A stretch of 64,000 nt of DNA from Camelus dromedarius (lineage: Eukaryota). The notes beneath the pieces are model-generated. The model had not been told where the DNA came from. It worked only from the letters and a program-made list of their open reading frames with translations, and did no database searches. The stretch spans positions 59,274,001-59,338,000 of the forward strand of contig NC_087436.1 of assembly GCF_036321535.1 (NCBI RefSeq). The letters are read 5' to 3'. Each line of letters opens with the position of its first letter. Within the stretch, counting starts at the first letter, position 1. Both the position numbers and the translations under genes were made by a program. Of this stretch, positions 55,116 through 64,000 are shown piece by piece.

Positions 55116-56308
55116 TCTTCACTTACTCACAACAGAGACCATCTGCTTATCTGTATTGAAAAGGCATCCTGGACTGTCACCAAGCACCTGTCTTCATGAC
55201 TGCCATGTCCCTTGCCCTTCCAGCCTCGTTGGATTTCCTCCTGTTGGATACAGCTGGGCCTAGCCCTCCACTGCCTACTCAAGTCTAACAAGTATTCATC
55301 TTTTATGGGTTTGGCCATTAACCATTGGTACTGAACCCAGTTTTCTCACTAGATTCTAATCTTTGCTCTCTACAAGGCTGCGTCTATGTCTTAAAAGAGA
55401 AAATAGAAACTTATTTTGTTGCCATTTTTTTTCCCGCTGATAACATGCTAAAAGGCTGTTTTAGACTTAACTTCTTAGCTACCCCTATTTGTATTTCTAT
55501 CTTTACAGCTTAATCAATCAGTGAGCTTTTTTTTTCCTTGTCAAATAAGATGAGATTTGCAATCTGAACATATTATTTTGATTTTAAAAAAAATTCATTT
55601 GGCATGTTTACTAGGCCCCATATCTACTCAAGCTATCAGAAGTGTCTTCAGAACTATTTATTAAATCAAAGCAGAGACATACTGAAAACACACTCCTAAT
55701 TACAGCTACATATATAATTTTTTGCAGTAACGTACAAACATTCATGTTTCCCTTTCTTTTGATTAATGTCATTTTGACTCATTCACTTAAAGAAAGTTTT
55801 ATTGAGAAACTCTGTGTTAACCACTGCGTTACTTCAGAGGGAAACAAAAGTAAAAATAATAAGAAATGGCCCCTGCCCTTTAGGAGGTTAGAGGAAAATC
55901 TATATAGGAATTATTATTGAAAGTAGTCATTTCATTAATAAATTATTCACAAAATTTCATACATTCTTTTTCAAATCATATTAACTTATAACAAACATTT
56001 GGACACCAACTTATGGAGGAGATGGGGAAGGGCTGAAATCTACACAAAATCAGATGTCCAAAATTACTGAATTGGAGTGAATTTATAATAATTAAATTGA
56101 GCCACCCATGTCAACCTAGGGATAAATCTATGAGGTGAGAGGTTTCTGAAGAATATCAAATTATTTATAAGAAAAATAAAAAGAAAAGGTACATTTTTCT
56201 TGCTCATATCAATATAGTTCAGTAGATCTGTAACCTTGCTAAAAGCAAAACAACTTTGGGAAAGCATTGTTTTTGCTATAAATGATTAAGTATTCAGCAG
56301 AATTTTGA

Positions 56309-56680
56309 ATCATTCATTCATTCATTCATCCAATATTCATTCAGTGCCTATTTTGAATCCTCCTTGACTTATCCCATAATGGTAAGGTTAAAATAGTAAG
56401 TAAAAGTCCATGTTTCCTGTTCTTAGGGAAATTCCATTTCTGAGAGGTAGACTGACACTAATCAAATAAGAGAAAAGTCATATTTGTAAAATTAAACATT
56501 TACAATGGAAATACACAATGTGATGAGAGTAAAATAGGAATTGGACTAGTCAGGGAGATATTAAAATGCTTCTTTGAGGAAGCAATGAACATATTGAGAT
56601 CTGAGGTCTGTGAGATGAGGCAGCTGGGAGAGCATCGTGCTCAAAGGTTCCGTCTACTTTGGGAGGAAAGACAGCAAGTT
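56309..56680 (-). mobile_element. L2 3' end with (TTCA)n tail
   Basis: tcattcattcattcattcatccaatattcattcagtgcctatt...gtcagggaga...cttctttgaggaagcaatg. Confidence 0.65.
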
Positions 56681-57834
56681 CAAAAAATAAGTAAGAGCCT
56701 GATTTCATTTAAAAATTTATAAAAAGAAAAACCAAAATGTAGCTGAAAATTAAATGGATCTATTTCCCCACAAAAAATGAAGATTTAAGATTTAAGCTAA
56801 ACTGACTTCAAATAGCACAACTACAAATAATAAAGCAAAACTGTTGCTACTGAGGACACCTGGTTTTTAAGACATCTCTGATTGCTTAGGTCAAGCTGTA
56901 ATCAGCACTTTTCTTGTAATTTCTACCTCCCACATGGTATGGGCACTGAGCCTCTAAAACAAGTTTCTTTTAGTAAATGCAGGTCATGAAGTATAATTCA
57001 ACTACTAAAGCTGTAAGTTCTCAAATGATTTCAAATTATAGACCCTCTCTTATTCATGATTAACATTAATAATGACATAATTGACCAAAACAGAAATCAT
57101 AATAAAATTACCAAGAAACAGTGTTAGACTATTATTATCATGGCTTCCTATTTGGATCTAGAATGAAAAAGACTATTTAGAGTGGAAACATTTATGGAAC
57201 ACGAATCAAGTGCAGCCACTGCCACTAACTAGTTCAGTGTCCCAGATTGAATTAATTAACTTTTCAGGGACTGACCTATAAAATAACAAAGGAAGAGGCT
57301 GGGACTGAATCAAATTCTGAAAAATAAGACAAGGTAAAAAGAAAAATCATGATTCTAATACTTGCTGTGAATTTTTGAACTGAATTTATTTCTGTTTTGT
57401 TTTCAGTCTATCAAGTTTCTAAAAACCATGACTAAAGAATAATTCAACCTTTCACTTTCCTGAGCACTAATAGTGGAAAATTGACCTTGATTTTAATACA
57501 GACTGAGTTGGACTATTATCTTTCAAAAAGGCAAATTTACTAAGTAATAAAAATCAGTAGTACTGGAAAGGCATGCCAGAGATAGGGATGGAAAATTGTA
57601 CTTTCTTGGTTTTATTAAAACAGGTAATTCATTTGTAAATGTGAAAATTCCTCCATTTCATAAGTCATTGCCTGTCAGCCCGTGTACAGACAGTATTCAT
57701 TTACAATTCATTTAGACAAATACGGCACTCTAGTGAGCCAGAGACAAAGGGCAGGCTTCTCAGCAAGCTGCTTGAAAGGAAGAGATAGTGTTCAAGGTCA
57801 TCTTTTCACCTCTTTGCCTTAGTAATACATCTTT

Positions 57835-58422
57835 TGTTACTGAACAAAAGTTTGTGTGCCCAATGCACAGTGAGGCCAAACAATCCAAAATGTCAGAGTG
57901 TGGAGCAGATAAAGGTTTATTGGAAGGGCCAGGGAAGGAGAATGGGTGGTTCATGCTCAAAAACCCAAACTACCAGATGGTTTTCTGCGGAAAGTTTTTA
58001 TAGGCAAAACTAGGGGTGAGGGAGGGCTGCAAGGGTGTGTGACTTTCTTCTGATTGCTTGGTGTTGAGGTACCAGGGTGGTATTCCAGGAATGTTGTGCT
58101 CAGCCTGAAGTTACCAGCCTCCACCTGAGTGGGGACCTCAGTTCCTGTAGAAGAACTCAGAGATATTGTTATGTATATGTATATGAGGATGAACTAAGAC
58201 CCTGCCCCCAGGCTTCACTATTGTTTCTTGAGGATCCCTCCCATGTTTCTGCATTTCCTCCCCTCCCTGATATGCAACTGTTTCAATCTGCCCTTTGGTA
58301 TTCAGGGAAGGTCAAGGAGGCTGGATGAAGTCTATTTTCACAAACAAGAAATAAGGGGGTGGGGAGAGCACACGGACAGGATTTGTATCACGGAGGACCC
58401 CACAGGGTCCTTCTCTGTTTCA
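57835..58422 (-). mobile_element. ERV1 solo LTR, MER41-like (copy 1 of inverted pair)
   Basis: TG...CA termini and 4-bp TSD cttt (57831-57834, 58423-58426). On the - strand: TATAAAA (57996-58002) and AATAAA (57916-57921). GAS motif TTCCAGGAA at 58083-58091. Family name is tentative. Confidence 0.88.
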
Positions 58423-58799
58423 CTTTTCTTAGTTTTAGGTAATTTAAACAAGCCTAGAAGTTCTATAATAATTGAGTATAAAAATATATCTTCCCAATTG
58501 CTTTCCAAAAGACTTGAATTTGCAGCTATAAAACTTATCAGAAGGACCCAAAATGACTGTGTTTTAAATTCAGAGGGTGTATGGTAGAAAATGGAACTGG
58601 AAGGAAATTGTTGATGCCAAGGAATTGTCTTGTATCTGAACCTCAGGAAAATGAGGTTAGAGAAGACCCAAATGAAAATACCTCTAAATCAGGATCCCAG
58701 AGACTGTAGGTGGAAGGACAAACACGTGGAAAACTTTCTGAGAAGAATTTCAGTCCTAGCAATTTAAAGGGTATCTTAAAGTCTGGCTATGGTTGCAAA

Positions 58800-59000
58800 A
58801 AACATTTATTGGCAGCAACCATGTGCCACACACTCTTCTAGGAGCTAAGGATGCAGCAGAGAATAAAACAGAAATATCACTGCCTGGATATTCTCTTGTG
58901 GCAGAAGGAGGCACATAGAAGTGCAAAATGAAAATATATAGTATTTTAGCCAATCTTATCAAGATAGTATGTTGTATCTTAATAGTGATAAGTGGTAAGG
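58800..59000 (-). mobile_element. L2 3' end
   Basis: aaacatttattggcagcaaccatgtgccacacactcttctaggagctaaggatgcagcagagaataaaacag. Confidence 0.75.
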
Positions 59001-59019
59001 GGAAAAGAGTTAAGCAGAG

Positions 59020-59577
59020 TCAAGCAGAGCAGGACTCTGTGGAGTCCTCCCTGGGACATACTTCCCATGTCCCCCATTTCTTGTTCGTAGGAAATACATT
59101 TCATTCAGCCTCCCTGGCATTCCCTGAGTTCCAAAGGGCAGATTCAAATAGCTACTAATCAAGAAAAAGAGGAAATTCAGAAACAAGGGAGGGACAATCA
59201 AGAAACAATAGTGCAGCCTTGGGGCAGGATCCTGGTTCCACGTAAGGGAATATACATAACAATATCTCTGAGTTCTATAGGAACTGAGGCCCCCACCCAG
59301 GTGGAGGCTGGTAACTTCAGGCTGAGCACAACATTCCTGGAACACAGCCCTGGTACCTCACCACCAAGCAATCAGAGGATAGTCACACACACCCTCGTAA
59401 CCCTCACCCCCAATTTTGCCTATAAAAAACTTTTCCCTGAAAACTATCAAAAAGTTTAGGTATTTTGAGCACGATCCACCCACTCTTCTTGCTTGGCCCT
59501 GCAATAAACCTTTTCTCTGTTCTAAACTCTGACATTTCGGTTTGTGCAACAGGCGTATGAAATTTTGCACTGTAACA
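59020..59577 (+). mobile_element. ERV1 solo LTR, MER41-like (copy 2 of inverted pair)
   Basis: Colinear with the reverse complement of 57835-58422 and ends tgtaaca. TSD agag (59016-59019, 59578-59581), TATAAAA 59421-59427, AATAAA 59503-59508, GAS TTCCTGGAA 59334-59342. A 10-bp duplication makes 59010 an alternative start. Confidence 0.88.
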
Positions 59578-59589
59578 AGAGGATTAGCT

Positions 59590-60495
59590 TTAAATACTAT
59601 CATTATAGTGATGTCCCAAACATACATCTCCAGGCCAGACCTCTATCCTGACTCCATACTTTTATAGATGTTCAACTGCCTATTTGACCTGAATCACTAA
59701 TTACTTACATTACTAATCAATATCTCAGAATTAATATATCTAAAATTAAATCTGTTCCCCTGGCTACATCTGAAACCAATTAATGGCTGTTATTCTTCCA
59801 GTTGCTCAAGCCAACACCCTGAAGTTTTTCTTGACCCTTCTATTTCTCTAACATCCAGTCTGTCAGAAAATCCCTTGGTTCTACCTTCATTGCTACTCCC
59901 TGGTGAGGAGGTGTCCTCAATTACTAAAATAGTCTTTTTGCCATTGTCCTCCCAGTCTATCATCAACACAATAGACAGAGTGATCCTTTTAAAATGCAAG
60001 GCATATCATGTGTTCCTCCTCTGCCCAAAACCTTTCAAAGGCTTTCTTTTTCCCTCAGTGTAAAAACATGAAGACTCTTCATCGCCCAGCTCCACTCATC
60101 TCCCTGAAATCCCTTCCTACCATAATACTCAAAGCTTCAGCCAGACAGGCGTACTTGCTATTCGCTATTCTCCAAGACATCCCTACCATTAAGCCTTTGT
60201 ATTTTCCCTCCAGATTTCCTCAGGGCTAATTTTCCCACCTCGTACAAGTCTTCATTCAAGTGTCACTTTCTCCAGGAGGTAACTGCCCTATTTAAAATTG
60301 CAAGCCACACCTTCAGCATTCTCCTTTACCTTGCCCTACTCTTACCTATCGCAACTATTGGTAATTTTCTTCTCCTTTTCCCAACCACATAAGCTTCAGG
60401 AGGGTGGGGTTCCCTGTTTTGCTTAGCAAAGTTTCTCAGGTTTGCCTAGAAAGTGCCTAGAACATATCTTCAATGCTCAATAAATATTTGTAAAC
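59590..60495 (+). mobile_element. L2 3' region
   Basis: catctccaggccagacctct...caactgcctatttgac...tcttccagttgctcaagccaa...cagagtgatccttttaaaatgcaag...tgctcaataaatatttgt. Confidence 0.85.
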
Positions 60496-60682
60496 AAAGT
60501 ATGTAAGAGCATGGGGGAGTGCACATATCAAATCTGAGCCCTAACTAAAGCTCATAAGGAAAGCAAATCTTGTAATAGAAAGAAATTTGTGAAAGACTTT
60601 TGAGAAAATGCTGGCCTTAGTACATGGTAATCCTTTGAAAGAACTGCAACCAACCCCAGAACAGGACAAGAGTAGTACTTTA

Positions 60683-61198
60683 TGTGAATAAAAAATATTG
60701 CTTGTCATATCAGTAAACAAAGGATGCTGCGACTATCAATTCATCAGCCACTACTGCTGCCCCTGAAGGTGAGCCGGAGGGAACTCAGGATGGAGACCAG
60801 CAGGCAGCCCAGCCTTGCCACCCCCCCCCCCCCACCAAATGGTACATCCTAAGGGAACTGAGGATGGGAAAGAACAGGATACTGGCCCTAGATAGCTAGG
60901 TGCGTATCAAAGGAATGATTTCAATGAGCCCAGACTTTTGCACCTTCCCATAAACAGTAAAGTGCTAAATTCCTTAACTTGAGATACTCGTTTTCTTTAA
61001 TTAACAGTAATCTTTTGGTATTCCAACTACCTGGTTTTTGTTGCAAAAACTCCTATATACCCTGGCTCCTCTCCTGCTTCTTCGGAGCAGACCCTCAGAG
61101 CTATATGAGAGGCTGTATCCTGGGCTTAAGTCCTCAGAAATGTCTGCCAAATAAAACATAACTCTCAACTTTTAGGTTGTGCATTTTTTTCAGTGACA
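60683..61198 (+). mobile_element. ERV1-type solo LTR (different family from the pair)
   Basis: TG...CA termini, TATA-like cctatatacc, AATAAA (caaataaaac), internal repeat agggaact(c/g)aggatgg, near-TSD ttta/ctta. Confidence 0.8.
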
Positions 61199-61914
61199 CT
61201 TAGAAACACTGACATCAGAAAGAAGTAAATGTTTTCTATAGAGCAATGGCTTAAAAAGACCAACAACTGCAATAGCATATTTTAATCATAGGCTTGAGAA
61301 GGAGACTTCAGTCAGACAAGTGAAGTAACTGGAGGCTTACTGAGAACGTTAATGTACAAGGGCAGGTTGGGAGCAGCTAATGAAATCCTGGGTGAGAGCA
61401 TCCAGTGCACCTGCAGGGCTTTGATCCTTTTGGACTGGGGCAGATGAACCCAATGAGATGGTCCTCTTTCCACAGGAGAATGGTTGGCAGTATATTTAAA
61501 GAGAATTTTTTAGATGGAAAATTAAACATACAGCTGTCCTATAGGTACCGTCAGAGTCCACCACTGCTAAGTCACTGGTCATCATGTGTGGCCCACCCCC
61601 GAGGGGATCCACAGAGACTTCTGAAGGAGGATACTTGGGCACTGATGTGAGGGCACAGCCAGAGCTGCAATACATGTAGAAAACAAAGAAAGAGTGCCTG
61701 ATAGTTCAGTAGGGAATTGTTTTGCTCTCAAACTGGCTAAGGATTTTAGAGGTCACTGTTAATTATATTTCATATTCTAATCTCAGGATAAAAGAAAATA
61801 ATTTTTATAACTCTGTAAACTTTCATTGTTTTCTCATGCTTTTATTTTCCCATTAAAAGTTAATCAGAACACTATCATGGCATTTTTAAATTACCTACTG
61901 GTTCTGAATAAATA

Positions 61915-62130
61915 AGATACTGGGAAAAGCTTTAGTTTGGGGGCACATCATGGGTTTAAACTGTGATTCTTCCGGTTACCAATAGTATGAACAGGGGAGA
62001 GATTCTTTCAGATACTCAATTATCTCATGAGCAAAATGCAGGTAAAATTAACCAAATGAGAGTGTCATGAGGCTCAAATGAGAACTTATGTGAAGGCTCC
62101 AGCATCTCACAGGAACTCAATAATTAGTTT
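61915..62130 (+). mobile_element. MIR
   Basis: tgggtttaaactgtgattct...ctcaattatctcatgagcaaaatgcagg...gtcatgaggctcaaatgagaac...ggaactcaataattag. Confidence 0.65.
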
Positions 62131-64000
62131 TCTTTCTTAGAATTGTATATGTCACTTCTTTAGAAGAGAAACACAGTGAGACCAAGGATCTTTGTTGTTC
62201 TCCACGGCATAATTTTTTGAACCGTGTTTATGTCCCAAAGTCCAAACACATGAGTGGCATTCTTATGTCATATACTAAGTTCTTTAGCTTTTACTATATT
62301 TCAGGCTCTGCTCTAGATTTGAAATCTCTGCCTTCTCAGCCTTCAGATTGTGCATATTGCCCCTGAAGTATTTTATTTTCAATTAAAAAAAGAATCAGAG
62401 AAAGATGAGGTGCTGTCCTACATGGTCTTGGCCACAGGGAATATGCCAGGCAGGTGGCAGATGCTTTTCAGAAATTTCAAGACTATCAGGAAGATGACTT
62501 TAGGATTCCTCCAGTGTCACATTTTCAATCATCTCTGGAACTTGTTTTTACTATACAATATTACAACAGAAGATATTGGCTTCTGAATAAATTTTTCTGA
62601 AGTGGAAAAATAAAATCAGATGATGCATAAAGTTAACATGAAGAATGCTACAGAGAACAGAATACCACCTTGGAGGCAGAATAAGTCAAAACAAAAAAAA
62701 TGAAACCTGCCTTTATCATCATTCTCAAATTAGATTGATTCAGCCATACTCAAGAGAATAATGTGCCTATTTTCTAGAAGCAGAATGAACTAGTGAGTTC
62801 TATGATTTGAAGACAAATTTATCAAAGGAAACCTCTGTGTTCATCAAGAGTCTATTACTAATTCACATGCGCTATTGTTTCCGAACAAAAGACAACAATG
62901 TCTATTATGTGTGAAGGTCTAGCCAGGACTACAGAATTAAGTAACTTTGACATTCCCTCTTGGGACATTTTTATACAGAAGAAATTGGCTAAAATATAAA
63001 GTGTATCATTCCTAACGTGAAAGGAAGTAAAGGAGTGATATCATAAAACAACAGTAAGAGTCACTGATCTGTGAAACCCAATCCTTGATTATCCCTCTCC
63101 CACTTGTTTTCTGGTCCTTTTGTTTGTTCCTCAGGTTTCTCCAGCTCTGGGGGGCAGAAGCTTACCTGATTACCCACCTGTCAGCTACTTCCTTATGCTC
63201 TAATTTCCGACTGGGGATTGCAGGATTAGAACACTGAGATGTATATGGCCCAGGGCCACTGCCTTAATTAGGCATGATTGTGTTTAATTATAGCAAGAAA
63301 ACATAACACAGATAAAGATTTTTTTCCTAATATGAAGACTGTCTTTTTGCGTGTAGCTATTCGTACGAAACCCCACAGCAATTACCCTGTTATTCTCATT
63401 ATTTATGATATCTTCTGTTGTTGGTTCTAAAAGTTGAGTATGCATACCTAACAAGACACATCCATTTGATCTCATACAATAACCATAGCATATACTACAT
63501 TATAATCTTTTTTTTTTTAAGCAATTACTGTATACTTATTAGAAGTTGATATGCTATGTGAAAAAAAAGAAAAAGTAGAGCATGGTAAGAACAACAGATG
63601 TTCAGGAATGGGTTGTATTTTTATTTTCCCTTCAATAAACATGTTTAATGAAAGAATGAAATAAATAAAATGACCTTTTTGTTGATGTTTTTGCTGCTGC
63701 TGTTGTGGAAAATATTGCCCTAATATGGTTCATTGTTAGGGAAAAAAGTAACTGTTTTAAAATATCTTCATTTAGCAACAACAAAAAAATTTCTAGCACT
63801 TCTCTGGTAGGAGAAAAGATATTGTAATTCTGATAGCCCGTTTTAATAGCAGTAGAATACTATTCCAGATAACTTAAAGCTTGATGACTAAGCGTTCAGA
63901 CCACTTTTCTGAATAGCATAGGCATTATGAATGGCTTTCAGAACGGATCTGAAAGCTAGAGACTGGAGAATAACCAAAGTCACATGTGGGTACATATTTA

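Noticed and set aside
58077..59345. Two ORFs sharing FQECCAQPEVTSLHL...RTQRYCYVY as a duplicated small-protein gene pair
   Set aside because: Both are antisense translations of the two related LTRs; the similarity is explained by the DNA repeat.
57835..59577. The inverted LTR pair as one composite transposon with long TIRs, or as a provirus
   Set aside because: Each arm has its own distinct TSD. Proviral LTRs are direct repeats. The spacer contains an L2 tail rather than gag/pol or transposase sequence.
896..63475. All ORFs in the six-frame track as protein-coding genes
   Set aside because: All are 60-119 aa, many are F/L/I/S-biased as expected for AT-rich non-coding DNA, many overlap repeats, and none resembles a protein I recognise.
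1..64000. CRISPR arrays, operons or other prokaryotic/viral systems; snRNA, snoRNA or miRNA genes
   Set aside because: No regularly spaced repeat-spacer array, no long ORFs and no RNA-gene sequence that I recognise. An Rfam/Infernal search would be needed to exclude small RNAs formally.

Overview
AT-rich, CpG-poor mammalian genomic DNA, very likely camelid (camel/alpaca/llama), judged from a tRNA-derived Vic-1-type SINE with an intact 12-bp target-site duplication (TSD) at 758-890. I recognise no protein-coding exon, RNA gene or CpG-island promoter; the ORF track is consistent with chance or repeat-derived ORFs. The window looks like a large intron or intergenic DNA filled with interspersed repeats: MIR, L2, old and lineage-specific L1, MaLR/ERVL/ERV1 solo LTRs, and Tigger and hAT DNA transposons. 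Most L1 and LTR copies lie on +, which weakly suggests a host transcript on the - strand if this is an intron. The most notable structure is a back-to-back inverted pair of related ERV1 (MER41-like) solo LTRs at 57835-58422 (-) and 59020-59577 (+). Each has its own 4-bp TSD, TATA box, AATAAA and a STAT/GAS motif inside a 45-bp identical core. There is also a diverged 53-bp direct duplication at about 16.7-17.0 kb that preserves homeodomain and T-box/E-box motifs. Repeat family names come from recalled consensus sequences and need RepeatMasker/Dfam confirmation; boundaries of old elements are approximate. I found no evidence for a new multi-gene system.
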